From assembly GCF_009914755.1 (NCBI RefSeq), contig NC_060937.1: a DNA stretch of 64,000 nt. One strand, given 5' to 3'. Below, in pieces: positions 41,391 to 59,039 of the stretch. A program made the translations under genes and the position numbers. Positions within the stretch are counted from its first letter, which is position 1; each line of letters opens with the position of its first letter. The notes beneath the pieces are model-generated. The model had not been told where the DNA came from. It saw only the letters and a list, made by a program, of their open reading frames with translations, and did no database searches. The DNA is from the human T2T-CHM13v2.0 reference genome, Homo sapiens.

Positions 41391-42679
41391 TAAAAGCAGT
41401 TTTAATGGATAGTACTAATGCTTTATAAGAGCAATTTATAGTCATATGAACCCTAATGACTACAAGTGTTAATAATGCCAATATTAATCATTAGGGAGTA
41501 AGTAAAGCAATGACAAATCCAAACACTAGGAAAGTACGAAACATTTTAAAAGTAGGGAGGTAGAAACTTGTATAGACTGCCATGAAAGAAATTATCAAAA
41601 AGACACTGTTGAGTGAAAAAATAAATTGCAGAACAGTATTTGAGGTATAGCACTATAATATAAAAACATGCAACGTCATTATATGTAGTCTATGGGCACA
41701 TATAATAGGTTGACTCATAAGAAATTGCTGCTTTTCATCAGTTCAGAAATAATATTGGCAATTTCATATGGATCAACCTAATATATAAATATACCAAACT
41801 GGTAACAGGGAAATAAGGAGGACTGAGGAGTTAGTAATGGTAAATTCTGATCTACCTATAACACTTTAATTCTTTTAATAGAGAAAATGTATTGATGTGT
41901 TATATGCATAGCATTAACAAAATTAGCTTTCTAAGATTTTAGAGAATCATCCAAGATGATTCACAGAAGTAGAATCATCATCATCAGTAAGAAATTAAGT
42001 GACTACTAAAAGTAATCATTAATTCAGTCATAGGACTAATGATGCATTGACAAGACTATTGAGATATATAATTATGGAAATGGCTAAAATAGAGATAAAG
42101 TATCTATTTCTACCTCCCAACCACTTACAGAAAATTCAACACATTATACACACTGAGCAGCTCAAAGAAATTGTAAAGATCCATTATTATTTTTAAAAGG
42201 AAATTTAACCAGTGAATGCTTTCACTGAAAACGATAAACAATATATTCCCAGTATAAACCAGAAATAAAGTCTGCAGTAGAAAACTACAATGTCCCTAGA
42301 TTCAAGTGGGGGTGGGGAGTCATATTTAAATAATAAGTGCAGAAAAACCAAAATATTTTAAAATAATTGTCCATGCAAGAAAGAAAACAGTATCATCTAG
42401 CTTGAAGACCCACTGTTTTTATTTTATAATTTATTTCATGACCTTTAGACTGCTAGAAAAATAAAACCTAACTTGAGGGCAAAGGTAGTCTTTGAGAAAA
42501 TATGTGCTATTGTTGCCTGCATAGATAATAGTGTGATTTATCCAGAAGGTGATAGAAATATCATTTTCCTAGACCACAGATATAAGCCAAGGAGAACAGA
42601 AAGCTCTGACCTAAACTTCACAAGTGTCCCTTCCAAGCAGGGACACGTAAGAGTAAACAAAAAAAAGAAGATCAAATTA

Positions 42680-44520
<1,841 letters not shown>

Positions 44521-45894
44521 TTTCTTTTTGAAAAAAGGACGAGAATCTAAGTTTCCTTATTCCTGGTTTAGTGGTAAACTTGAACAATTTCACCTGTCTC
44601 CTATACTTAAAATGACATTTCAGAATTTTAAAAACAGGATTTTAATAAAATAGCGAAGTTATTACATAAAATATTTGCTAGTAGTTAGCAAATGTATTTG
44701 TAATACACATACAAATAAAGCTTCATAACATGATAGCAAATATCTATCAATCTTAAAATTTTTTAAATAAAAGAGCAACTATATTACATAATGACTTTTT
44801 AGAGAGGGTTGGCATAGAAAGATAAGGAGTCAAAGAGGAAGGTAAGAAAAGAGAAAGAATGAGAAAGTAAATATACAAGAAAATGTAACCAGAGGCTCAA
44901 AAAAAAGTAGGACAGTAAAATAAACATTTTGACCTATTTATATGACTCATAAGGTCAAAATAACTTGCTATGAGATTTTCATCATTAACTGACATTTAGA
45001 TTAGAGAAAATATACATGAAGCAAGCCTCACCCCAGGCAATACAACAGCTCCAATTCCACTTTTCAGCTTTGACCTGCCTCGGCCACCTCACCCCGACAG
45101 TCCTGCACCTCGAGGTCTCCGCTTTCTTGGAAATCCAGACCCACGGCCCTATGTAACAGATTAGGAAAAGTCAACATTCTGTGACAGCCCAAAATAATTT
45201 TTAAATCCAAATGCCACTGAGATAAAACACTTTATTAAATGTTATACAAACACTTCTTTAGATAAGTATTAAAAGACCTGGCTTATTATTTTTATCTTTA
45301 AAAGTATACTCCACAACTTAAAAATCTAAATATAAAATGCTTACAACCTTAGAATCATACTTTAGGCCTGTCACTGTGAACGCTATCAGCAAGACTTTGC
45401 ATGATTTTTCTCTTTCCCACTCCTACATTCTCGGTGACGACAACAACTGTAGCCTGATCCAGATATTTCGAAGTGCAACAAATTGTATTCAATATAGAGT
45501 AAGGATAAGGAAAAACTCTCTCATTAACTGGTCTCACGGTGATTACAGTAATAGCTAACATCTATTGAGTACTTACTATGTACTAATCTAAGTATTTTTT
45601 ACTCTCATCCATCCCATATAGTAGGTTTTATTATCCTCATTTGAGATGAGTGTGCTGAGGAATAAAATGGTTAAGTAACTTGTCCAAGGTCACTTAGCTA
45701 GCAAGCCTGGCTCCAGCGTCCCTGGGTTGGAAGCATATTCTGTACTGCTACATCAGCATGAAAGTTCATTTTTGCTAGTGTGTGACAGTATTCTTCCTGT
45801 CATTAGAATTAAGTCAGTTTCCTTCACTATTCAACAGTTCTCTTATGAACTCAACATTTCTACCTCATTCACCGTTGTATTTAGAGGAAAATTT

Positions 45895-46070
45895 ATTATT
45901 ATTGTTATTACTTTTATTTTTGAGACAAGAACTTGATCTGTCTCTCAGGTTGGACTGCAGTGGTGTGATCACAGCTCACTGCAGCCTAGAACTCTTGGGC
46001 TCAAGTGATCCTCCTGCTTCTGCCTCCCAAAGTGCCAGGATTATGGGAGTAAGCCAAAGCATCCAGCCAG
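45895..46070 (-). mobile_element. FLAM/AluJ monomer
   Basis: Short antisense monomer ...cactgcagcctagaactcttgggctcaagtgatcctcc. Confidence 0.8.
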
Positions 46071-46634
46071 GAAAAATTATTTGAGGATTACAGGAAAGCT
46101 GACAAAAGGCTTTGTGAAAGCTTTGCTTTAAATAATCTGAATAATAAATACTTGAAATGGAAATAATTTATCTGACTTCTTACACAAGAAATAAACCTAT
46201 GGGAAAATGTGTTAAATTCCCTGATAATTTCAGACATTAAGTACCAGAGTATGGTGTTCCCTGCCCCCTCACCCTTGTTTGTACTAATTAATTACTCCTT
46301 GAAAAAACCTGGCACCTACCTAAGTAGATGAATTATGTATATTTAAAATTATCCAGATGCTCAGGAAAATACTTAGGTGTTTCCCTCACCATAAGTTAAA
46401 TAATATGTCATATCTTCAACTGATGTCCCTTATCATAGTTTGAAATGAACTTATTCCCTATTTAGCAGAATGGTTTCCAAGTCAAAAATTTATGGTGATA
46501 CTGTAAACATAAAATAGATACACATGAACAAAAGGAACGGGAGGAATGGCTTTTCTCCCTTTGGATGTAATAAATACAGCCAGCTCCCAGTTTCAAACTG
46601 CCACTCCTGTCTTCTCTTACCCTGCTCTCCTTGA

Positions 46635-47002
<368 letters not shown>

Positions 47003-49399
47003 GAGTTTGTTTTGTTATTAAATTGGTATAAAAGATTTTTGAAAAATTAAGTCAGTGATTAAAAATCAAGACTACAGTAGTCTCTCAATTTATCTTCTCC
47101 AACATGAAATGCTGACCCAGAAAAAAATTAAGTAAAAACTGGTGGTCTATATTATCAAACTGTCAAATGAGGCATATTTATACTTCAATATCTTGGATGA
47201 TATCAGGGGGAGGTAGGGAGGTTAAAAAAATAGTTCTTCCAGTCATGAAAGAAAATAAAGTATAATCTAGAATTCCTTAAAATCGTTCATGAGTCTAAAT
47301 TAAACAGCCATATTCCAGAATATTAAATATAGAATATGAAGAAGAACTGTCATCTCCGGTCAATGAAGTATTTTAACTTTTGAGTTAATACTTTTTCAAA
47401 GTAATTTTTTTTCTCTTCAAAATGCATCACACTACTTAACTCACTTCAAGGACTGGCAGAGCCATCAACCAATGTCATGGGGGAAAAAGCCTTGTCATTT
47501 TAAGGTATTAAACAGACAATGAAATCTGCCACAATTTTGGTATTTCTTCTCCATGAGAACATAATAAATTAATGGAGTTTTTTCTTTTGCTTTTTTCTAA
47601 GCAACAAAGTTTTATGTATCATGAATGAAAAGATCCTTAATTACATTTTGGTCTACATGTCAAGGACTTCTCCCTCATAAAACCAGTAGTAATCACAACA
47701 AAAGGAATTAACCATAAAAAGAGGTATTAAAAATGTATACTTGATTTTTAAATGCAAGCATATTATTTCTTTACATTAAAATTTTTAGATTTAAAAAGTG
47801 TTTCTGGAAGCTCAATCTAGAAAAGAAAGATTTAATTGTTAACATCCAGTAGGGCAAAACAAATCAGACAGAAGTGATATATGAATGTAAATGTAATTTT
47901 ATGTACACTTTGATGCTCCAAATGGCACTGCCAGGAAGCTGCCTGGGTTTAAAAATTTCCCGACCTCCTGAAATGTCTGGGGACCACGAGGGTGGGCTCA
48001 CTGTATTATGGGTACTCCAAGCCTCCTAAGATATGGCAGTTGAGAAAATAGATGTGTAAAACTCAGCAACATAAAAGGTCAAAGCCAGCAACTAAGGAAT
48101 TTTAGGACAGCAAAAACAAATGCAAACGTATGGAAATTTAGGACAAATTGCTTCAAGGAAGGCAAAATAAGCTAATCACTAACAGTGATTTAAACATTTA
48201 ACTATAACAAATAACTTAAATGTTTGCTGCTACAGAGACATCACTACAATGAAACATTAAAAATTAAGGTTTATATGACATCAACATTGACTCATGAACT
48301 GCAATTACTGCACCAAAAAGTAAATAAAAGTCAATCACACTTTAAGAATTAACACTAGAAGAAAGTATTGGGGGGTTATTTTTCTTCTAACAACTATCAC
48401 TCTACTTAAAAGGAGAAATGGATAACCATAAGGAATTCTATATTCTATAGCTATAAACAACCAAAACCAGTAGGCCAAAGAATGCAATGAGAAACATAAG
48501 CAATCGATAAATGCATAAACTTTAAACTGTAGAGAGCTGGTAACATTAAAATGCAAATACCATTATAATCTTAGCATTTAATCACTCTTTCTTCAGTGAC
48601 CATTAGTTGTCGGTTTGGTTTCGGTTTTTACTTAGGGAAATGAATACTCTATGGAAATTACATCCAATGGACAAAAGTGAAGAAACGTTAAAGCAAATTG
48701 TCCTAAATTTGCAAATTAAAATGCCTAAAGTGCCTGATAAATTATATAGAAAGTAGTATCTTATTAAAATCTATATAACTGAAACTAAAGCATTTTACTT
48801 CTGAACAACCACATTCAGCAATACCCTGAACTAATCTGAAGATGTTAAACAGCATAAAGAAAAATGTTTACTCCACAAAGATAACATTTTAAAGAAAAAC
48901 AAGACAAATGTCAAACAATAAAAGAATATATTTTGAATTAGGTAATTCAATGGTGCATGCATAATTTTACCAATCAAGTAACCAAAACTTAAGGTACATA
49001 GTACTTACCAGGTTTCTAGAATATCATCAAATTAACAAGTACTATCTCATTAATCACATAAAAATACCACCAGGAATTAAAATAACCAGAAATAAGAATG
49101 TGACTACTCTTGGGGTAAGAGATAGGTAATGGAATAACAGTATTTTGAGAAAAGCCACACAAGCAATAGCCTGGTTTCATTTTTAAGTCACAAACTCAAC
49201 CCACACTCATTGAAGTCCAGCAATCCAACTCATTCTCTCCAGCAAACACTTTATTTTTTTCCCTTCCAGGATTACCCTCAGGTGTTCTTTCTTACCCATC
49301 AAATCTCTAACCTAGCTCAGGTAATCACTATGCTGATTTCACTGAGCAGCAACCACTGCAGGTCAATTACCTCACTTTCATAATTTCCAATCAACTTGA

Positions 49400-50800
49400 A
49401 TCTGTACCTATGTCTTCTTCCCTACTATTAGTAGGGATGTGTTGTCAAAAGCCATTTCTCTTTTCTCATTTTACTCATGCTCCTGACATCTGGCATACGG
49501 TTCTGCTGGATTTGGCAGCAGTCCACCTGTGGATATTTCACTGCCTTCCTCGCTAATCTTTCTTCATCTCCTGTACGTGTTCTTCCTCTATTTGACTTCC
49601 AAAGCCCTGGAGTTTCCCAGGGCTTGAGCCTAGATCCTAAATGGTGTTATCTACAATGAGGGCATCTTGGAAGTTGATGCTTCCCACATTCTTATTTCTG
49701 GTTTTAATCAAAGATCTCCAAATTAGCAGGATTTTCAACTTCCTTCTTAGCATTTCCATTTTCTCACACAAAACCCCTCTTAAGTTTGCCATGTTTAAAA
49801 TTTCTCCCTTAACCGGTTTCATCCCAGTCTTCCCCATCCTTATAAATGGCATCCAGTCCCTTGTCACTCTCCTCTGCTCCTTCAGTCCTCTCCCCCAACA
49901 CTTCGTCAATGCAAATCATCAGCAAATTCAAGACTTTTTATCTTCAAGTTTTGTCTCCGATCCTTCTACTTCTTGTCACTTCCACCACTAGCAGCACACT
50001 CGTGGCCACCACCATCTCTCACCTAACCTGCTACAAGAGTCTACTGCTGGTTATGCTTCTCCCACCCTGCATCTACTCAAGCCTTTCCCCACAGCAGCCA
50101 GAGGAACTTTTCAAAAGTACAAATGTGATCAAGCAAGTCACTATTCTATTTCAAACCTTCAATTGCTTCTCAGAGCACTTAAAATACAAACCTTTCCCAG
50201 TGCCTTTCTCCAACTCATCTTGTGGCACTTGTCTCCCTGCTGCTATGCTCCAGCTATTCTGGCTTCCTTGCTGTCCTTCAAACATGCCAAGCTCTGTATC
50301 AATCAGAGCCCAGCTGACTCAGAACACTTCACTATACCATTCCGGCCCTTCAATAAATGTCTGGCATTTTCTTTCTTTCTTTCTTTTTTTGAGATGGAGT
50401 CTCACTCTGTCACCCAGGCTAGAGTGTGGTGGTGTGATCTCGGCTCACTGCAACCTCTACCTCCCAGGTTCAAGCAATTCTCCTGCCTCAAGCCTCCTGA
50501 GTAGCTGGGATTACAGGCATGTGCCACCAGGCCCAGCTAATTTTTGTATTTTAGGAGCAATACCATGTTGGTCAGGCTGGTCTCAAACACCTGACCTTGT
50601 GATCCACCAGCCTTGGCATCCCAAAGTGCTGGGATTACAGACGTGAGCCACCACGGCCAGCCATGTCTGGCGTTTTCTAACCCTTCAGGTATGGCCTTAC
50701 ATATTTTCTCATCAGGAGACCTTTCCTTAGTGCTCCCAGTGAACCATCATCTCTCTTACCACACCATTAGTGCCTCTCATTGCATCACCACCTAGGACGT
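49400..50800 (+). mobile_element. L2 fragment containing an AluS (50367-50662, minus)
   Basis: Pyrimidine-rich L2 motifs (ccaccatctctcaccta, ccacagcagccagag); Alu TSD atgtctggc. Confidence 0.7.
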
Positions 50801-52665
50801 TTTATTGTTTGTAATTTTATTTAGTGGTAGGCAGTGGGGCAAGAGATACCTAAATTACTTCTCTCAATATTTCCATTGGTTTTTCTCTGAGATTTGGCTA
50901 ACATACATCTTAAATTCCTTTTAGTCAATAGTTTAATATTATGTTGGCAGTAGACAGTTCTAAAAAATATGAGACAGAAAGTCATACTCTAAGATAAAAA
51001 TAATGTTGAATAATTTTATTTCAGAAATAAGAATTTTCTGGCAATTATGTATTATTCATCATAATTTAAAAGTTAGCTTTGATGCCAAAATTTTATCTCA
51101 CTTCGAAAAGACAGACTTTGTGTAATTTTATAGTTCTGAAGAAAAATTATCATTATACTTAGATATTCTGACAAATTATCTAGTATATTCCTTAGACCTT
51201 AAAACTAAAATATAGCTATAATTATCAAAGTTTAAATTATCCTTCAGATCTTAGCTTTGATCAAGAATTTACACAAACCATTCAGAAAAGGTTACCTGCC
51301 CCTGTAATGTATGGGCTCTTCTCCTACAATCCAGTTGCAGCACTTTTTACACTGTAATTAAAGATCATGCCCCTTTCTGTCCACTGCTACGTTAAGCACC
51401 CTGTTCAGCACTTACTGAACTTTTTTTCTGCTGAGCATCTATTATCTTTTTTTGCATGTGTGTATGAATTCATCAATAAACAATGAGCTATGATATGAAA
51501 CACACTAATGCCTCCACCAGTAATAACCTAGAATCTTGAATTTCTTCACTTAAAAAAAAGTTACTAAAAATTACTAAAAAATCTATATAATGCCTCCTTA
51601 ATCTACAAACTGAATTAAAAGCAAAATACTTCCTAATGTAATCATTATTAAGTTGTAAATAGAATCAACTTGCTATCAAATACTACAGAAACTAAAAAAA
51701 CACTACCTGGCAGGGACTGAATTTGAACCCAAGAAAAATAATTTAACCCAAACATAGTTTAATATTAGCATTAAGTTTCTTTCTGCTTTGAGGCCAATTT
51801 CTCAGGTAAACTGTCCAAGCTAGTAAGTTATACAAGGACTGTGGGATGGGGAAATGAGAACAATAATGACAAGTGGAGGATAGGCTATTTAGAAGCAACT
51901 TTCTATTAAAAGTCAAATTCTATTGCTGATTGTTAAATATGATCAAAGTCATTCTTACAGCCCAAGAGTACTATCAGTTTTAAAAGCAGCCGTAGAAGGT
52001 TTGGTGTCTCAAAGGCAAACTTTACACCTCCAAATCTTAAATCAACCCCGGCCCCACACTCTTCCAACATACTATGTAAAACCAAGGTTGCTTATAAACA
52101 GTAAGTCTAATTTAGGAAAAGTGAAAGCAATGAAGACAGAGGGCAGAAAGGAAGATAACTGGTAAAAGAAACAAAAGAGTTTACAGTTTGTCTTTTTGGT
52201 AAATATAATCACTTGTATACACTGGAGCTACAGCAGCAAACACTTCACTCTTTAGGGAATTCTTAAAAGAAGTCTCATATATAAAATTGAGTTCAATATC
52301 AAGTAGAACAAGAAATTAGACCCAATCCTGTTTTGATAACTACAGAAACAGCTATTATCAGCTTTAGCCTTCAATAATTTCACAATACAAATTAGGTGGT
52401 GCTAGCAACAGTAATGTCTCCAAAAATACCACAACAAGCACAAGTGAACTAAAAGCAAAGTCTGGTACTTCTAATCTGCTGTGTTGTTAGCTTGGTGTTC
52501 CAAAGGGGTAGGTATTTTTTAGGTTTAACACTATGGTTCTCTGGCTACTTTTAAAACTGAAAGTACTCTTCTTATAATATAAACTTCTAATAATTTGTCC
52601 AAGAGATATCAAAATACAGTACCTATGTTTTCATTTATGAAATTTTCTTGAAATATTTACTGCAG

Positions 52666-52975
52666 GCTGGGCGTGGTGGCTCACCCCTGTAATCCCAGCA
52701 CTTAGGGAGGACAAGGCGGGTGGATCACCTGAGGTCAGGATTTCGAGACCAGCCTAACCAATATGGCGAAACACCATCTCTACTAAAAATATAAAAAAAA
52801 ATAGCCAGGTGTGTTGACGTGCGCCTGTAGTCCCCACTACTCAGGAAGCTGAGACAGGAGAACTGCTTGAGCCAGGCAGGCAGAGGCTGCAGTGAGCGAG
52901 GTCGTGCCACAACTCCAGCCTAGGTGACAGAGCAAGACTCAATCTCAAAGAAATAAATAAAAATAAAATAAAAGA
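52666..52975 (+). mobile_element. AluS
   Basis: Full Alu; TSD gaaatat(t/c)tactgca. Confidence 0.92.
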
Positions 52976-53551
52976 AATATCTACTGCAAATAATACGTTT
53001 CATAAAATGCTTAATAAAAACTTTCAATACCACCATGAAAGCAATTAGAACATGAGGGTGTCTGAAGTAGATCATAGTAGTGTGATTACATTCAATATCT
53101 TTCTATAAGATGTGATGATACATACAGGGTAAATCATACAAGAAGACCTAAGATTATTATCTCAGAATTTCCTAATTAGAATGGGAATACAATTGTGCAA
53201 TGAGAGAAATGGACTGAAGACAGAAATAAAAACAAATGTTATAATTTAATATGACAAATTTAAAATTTCCACTTTATTTTCCACCATTTTTAAAGAGCAT
53301 TCCTTATAGTATTAATTTTAATGCATTTTTAAAAATCAGTAAGACAAGTAGCACATTTCTCTAGTTCAGGACTCCACTTTCAGGGTTACAGTTAAAGATG
53401 ATCCTAGAAGTGCATTTTAATTGGTCTAGGGTAGGGTCATTAGCTTGATGTTCTAAAATCTACTGAGTTGATTACAATATGTGTCAGTGTCAATAACCAC
53501 TTTCTTAAACCCAGGTCGCAAAGCACATATACCTATAGAAATGTTGAAAAT

Positions 53552-53690
53552 GGGCCAGGCGCTGTGGGGCTCACACCTGTAATCCCAGCACTCTGGGAGA
53601 CCCGAGATGGGAGGATCACTTGAGGCCAGGACTTTGTAACCAGCCTGGTCTACACAGCAAGACCCCCATCTCTATAAAAAAAAAAAAATA
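53552..53690 (+). mobile_element. FLAM-C-like Alu monomer
   Basis: Single left-arm monomer with A tail. Confidence 0.8.
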
Positions 53691-54469
53691 TTTTAAATGC
53701 TGAAAAATGAAATACTAAATTATTTATGAATATATAACTTCAATAAAAGATGAGAAAATACAACTAGGTCATTAGGACAATTTGTATGAAACAATATCCA
53801 ATTTGCTGTCTGTTACTTCTACCTTATCATGTCTAATATTTCCTCATCTTTGTGAAATCCTGCATCTATTGTAATAGGCAAAAAAAACAAAAAACAAAAG
53901 GAATCTTATTCTATTCACAGCCATCAGAAAAATGTGTTACTATTCCTGTAGTCAGTTAGGTTCTAAATCATACATTTGAGATATATCTCAAACATGTCAT
54001 AAAGAAAATAAGCATCATATTTCTAACTAAATAGCACCTGAAATATTCCATATGAAAGGAAAAATACAAAAAACTAAACTTTTAATTACTAACCTCCTTA
54101 AAGGAAAATAATTCTATATGATTTGATATTTCATAATGGATGTCCAATACCTGAGATATAAATTCCATTTTCTGTGTCCTAACATCTCACCTTCAGAAAA
54201 TCTCCAATATTGGGTTATTTGGATTATATATTTAAAACTGAATATACTTGAAGATGTGAATGATTTGTTGCCGCAACAAATGGTTTAGCAATTATCTGTA
54301 TTAAAATGTGTTCCATGAACAACAGAAAAAGAATATTTCTACTTCAGTCCTTAAAAATTGTGAAAGCACAGCCACAGTCTTAGTTTGTCGATCTTGAATT
54401 CTTTTGGTATTTTAATTTCACCAATAATTCTGGAACTGCTGTTTTTGTATTTCTCAAAATGTTTTGTCT

Positions 54470-54715
54470 TGCATCGTGCAATAAGGCAGCCACCATCATA
54501 TGTGACCACCGAGCACTTCTAATGCAGCTAGCCAGAACTGATGTTTTAAGTATAAAGCATCTTGTTCATTTTTATACTAAATGCTGAAATATTGTTTTGA
54601 ATATACCAGGTTAAATAAAATACATTAAAATTTATTTCACCTTTTTTTAAGTGTAACTACTAGAAAATTTAAAATTACACATATGGTCTGCATCATATTT
54701 CTATTAGACAGCACT
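54470..54715. mobile_element. MER3/MER33-like hAT element
   Basis: gcagccacc...gagcactt...actagaaaatttaaaattacacatatgg...tttctattagacagcactg. Confidence 0.65.
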
Positions 54716-57700
54716 GGCTCACCGTTCTACTGGTTGGCTAGCTTGTACCTCCAGATAACATCTGATAATCCAATCACTAGCTACCACAAACTAGATCTTT
54801 CAGATGTTTCCTATTAAAATGTTTGTTTAATTTTGAAGTGAATTCCTAGAAAAGCTCATATAATACTATTATAGAAAATCATTAAAATCAACTTAATAAT
54901 TTGCCCACCATGAAACAGAACTTAAGGTAAATCTACATTTCTTTGGTTAGTATTTACTGTACTGGTAAAGACCAAAGAATTGGTAATGTTCAACAAAATA
55001 TGAAAATGCCAGTGACTTTAACAAAAAAAAATAGCTGGAAACCAAAGAATCTTGCTTACATCACAATCACAGCTAGGAAAATGCAGCTTATTTTACAGCC
55101 AGTCCCCGATGTGAAGAATATGTAGAAACAACAGTAAATAAAAACAGAAGTATAATACAGAAATGCCTAATATCAAAGAAATTCATGTAACAGAATACTG
55201 AACTTCAGTATTTCTAATATACGTATATACACATTCCTGCTAACTGTAGAATATTTCCTGCAAGTTATGGTCCCAGTGCCTCACCAATGGAAGATCTATC
55301 TTGTACTATTCAATTCATACTCTCCCTAATAACAGCACTATATTAGCAGGTTCATCATCAAGTGAAGGCTGTTTGCTAGATAACTAAAACCAAGATTGGA
55401 AAACTAAAAAGCTGGAGGGAGGGAAAACACAGCCTACAAAATGCTTACAAGATTAGCAGCAAATGATGAAGTAGTAACAAGAGGGGCAGAAAAATAGAAA
55501 GATTATCATCGGATTTGGGAATTCAAAGGCAGCTTAGCAAAATACTAGGACATGGCTCATATAAGATGGAATAAGCCTGGAAATACACCCCCCTCCCCAA
55601 TATTTCAGAACATAAAGTCTACAGAAAGAGAGTCCTAATGTATTGAACCTGGTTTCTCAATTGAAACAAAAGTCTTCAAGGAAGGAAAGATACGCAAAAT
55701 TTAACAGGAATACATATGAAGCAGTATCTGTAAAGAATGTAAATATATCAACCAAAAGTAAACTTCAGATTCAAATTTCCATTGTTAAAGTCTTTTCAGT
55801 CAGAATGACATAATTATTATATAACTACTCAAAACAAAACAAAAAAAACTTACTGGAAAAAAGAACAACTGGTTTGAGAAGAAAAACTTTTCATGGTAGA
55901 GCAGAAATAACTGTCAAGGAGAAAATACTTAGAAAAAGTCATATATAAAGAGTGGCCTAGTTTTACTGCACACGTCTTTGCCATGCAGAAACAGCTAAAT
56001 CCCATCTGACAACTACTTTCCCTTTCGTGTACCTTGTCTTTAGAGAATAAAATATATCTGGGTTTGATATAGAGGAGACTAATTTTCACATTAAAAATGA
56101 TTTTCTTAAAAGCCTGGCCTTACAGTTTAAAAATTATACGATTAAAATCAAGATATTATTCCTATAAAAAGCCAAACTTTAATCCATTTAAATCATGAAA
56201 CTTAAAACTTCACTTGAAGCAATTTCAATCATGAAACTTAAAACTCCAAATTACTATTGTGAATTAACACTTCTCCACTATTTATCTTGCAATTTTAAAA
56301 AACACTTCAGAAAGTAGCAAATTTGTAAAACAATAAATAATTCGTACCTATTGTATCCTCATTTTGCCATGCAGTTTTACTTAAATCTCACTTAGAAATG
56401 GAACTCATTCTTAAAGGGTAGAATGTACATGATGTAAAGCAGACACAGGAAGATTTATCTTTACTTACTGAGAATCAATAGTACAATTCTAAGATTTTTT
56501 CCATGAAACTACTGAAATAAGTCCTACTTGAAAAAAGAAATCCCACAAGAGTTAGCAATTAATAAAAACACCAAAATGAGAAATTCCCCAGCATGGAAAA
56601 TTCCTGTCATACATGTTGATGTTTATCCAGTTAAAAATATATACAATGAATAATATCAATAAATAAATATATTAGAAGGAAATAATAGATGTTAGTTACT
56701 GTATACCCAAAACTATACTGTATTTTAGGCTCTATATTTACTGCAGCACAGAACTAAAAGAATTTTTAAAGTTCTTTCTATTAGAAACTATTATCAATAG
56801 GTTGCATCTTTATGGCCCAGCTGAGTTGAAATTCCAAATAAGATCCCTTCAAATTTAATAAATGGCATTCTTCATTAACAGCATTTAAAAAATAATGGCT
56901 GAAACACATAATCAACATTACACTGAAGTTCTATCTGAAGACAGAAAAAGTTGCCATCCACACCAAAGCTACACATATACCTTCTGATTTTATAGAATTG
57001 TTCCAATATCTTTTCTGTCAATATCATTAAAATCACCCTACCTGTTTGGACCGAGGTCTACCAGGAGAAAATTTTCTCTTAGTAATAGCTGGTTTACCCA
57101 TGCCAATTTTTGGAGTGACTGAGATGTTAAGTTGTTGGCATGATGTTTCCAGCAGAGGAACTAAGAGCTGAAGGGTAATTATGCAGCATGTCATGCGAAG
57201 GCAAGTCTGAAGAAGGTGTTGGGGAGGAAGACACATCTGCCTTGCTTATGTCTGCTGATAATGAAAATGACGACTCTGTCTCAGATGATAACTTTATAGA
57301 TTTGCCTCCTTGGTATGAAACATCTTTCACACAACCCTCAATTGTAGGAGTCATTTCAGAGTCCATCAATCCAGTAGAAAGTTCAGAATCTTCTTTCTGT
57401 TCCTTTTCTCCTTGTAGCCTTTCTATAACCAACTGTTCCTCAGGACATAATGAAGAGCTTTCCTCCTGTGGGGACACTAAGGTTTCTAGTGGAAGAGTGA
57501 CAGATTCAATGACAAATTTTGGAGGCCTTGATTCTTCTTTGGATACCACTGTTTTAGGTTCCTCTAACAACTGCAGTTGCTCTTGCTGCACAGTGATCTG
57601 GTGTGTAACGACTTCAATGTTTTCTGTCACTTCCATTTTATCTTCAATTTGATCTTCGCCACAAATATGCTTCACTTCAGAAGACATTTTCATTTCTTCA

Positions 57701-58465
57701 CTATCAGCCTCATTAGAAATCTGTTTTTCCAATTCGGTATTCACTGTATGTTGGGATGATATTACAAAATTCAGAACATTTGTTATGGTAATGTACAAAC
57801 CAATTTTAAATTTTCTAACTATAGATATATAAAACATTTGGCTACACTAGAACTTAAATCAGAAGGTATTCATCAAAGCAGACAATTATTAAGTGAGTGA
57901 AAGCCAAAGTACACAAGGATTTTTGGATTAGAATCAGCCACACACCAGAAAACCTAATGAAAACATGTTTTACAGCACAAGTACTTCCAAATGGATTGAA
58001 AATTACACAGGAAAAGTCCTCATACTCATTTTTTACTTAAGAAATCGAGGATCAATCATGTTATGTGAGGTACCTAAGTTAAAAAGTAAAGACTGATCTA
58101 GAATGTGTAGGCATTTTCTAATAGTAGATACCCAGATGCGACAAAGTTACTATAGACTCAAAAGCACAGACAGAAAAGATTTGCTAACCACCAATATTTA
58201 TTTTGCTTAACCATACCTGCCAACCTAGCCAAAATATTCTTTGCATATAATCGTTCTTCATCATTGTCTGTAAATTAAAAGACTAATCTCAGGAAATCTA
58301 TAAACTTAGATATCAGAAACATAGTCACCGGTAAATTTTAAATCAGGATACCAGTATGTTAAACCTTTAACTCAATCTCATCAAGGTAATTTTTAAGTTA
58401 TAGTAAAAAGACACTGCTAGCCTCATTTACCAATAAGTGACTAAAATTTATCTATTTATCTATGT

Positions 58466-58710
<245 letters not shown>

Positions 58711-59039
58711 TGAAATCTCATCTTCTTTCCCACTTTATTGAAAGACTACAGGTAAGGATAAAAGAAAACTACCAAATAACAGATCTGATAGTACAAAATA
58801 TTTTTAATCATGACCTCCCCCCTCCAAAAAAAAAAAAGCCTTTCAAGAGAAACTAACCTACTTTAGATCCATTGTCAATTCTTTTCCAGAATCTCTCAAC
58901 TAAAAGATTTAGTTACTGTAATGTAGATACATACAGCAATTGCAAAAATGCCTTTGGGATAAAGACACTATCTTATAACTCAATCAAATTAGACAATATG
59001 AACATACTGCTTACCAGCAATGAGAAGACTATCTGTGTC

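Noticed and set aside
49846-50646. 266-aa ORF
   Set aside because: It is read-through of L2 and antisense Alu sequence inside a KMT2C-derived intron, and no domain is recognisable.
57127-57837. 236-aa ORF as a standalone gene
   Set aside because: It is KMT2C exon 14 plus read-through intron, ended by the dupA stop.
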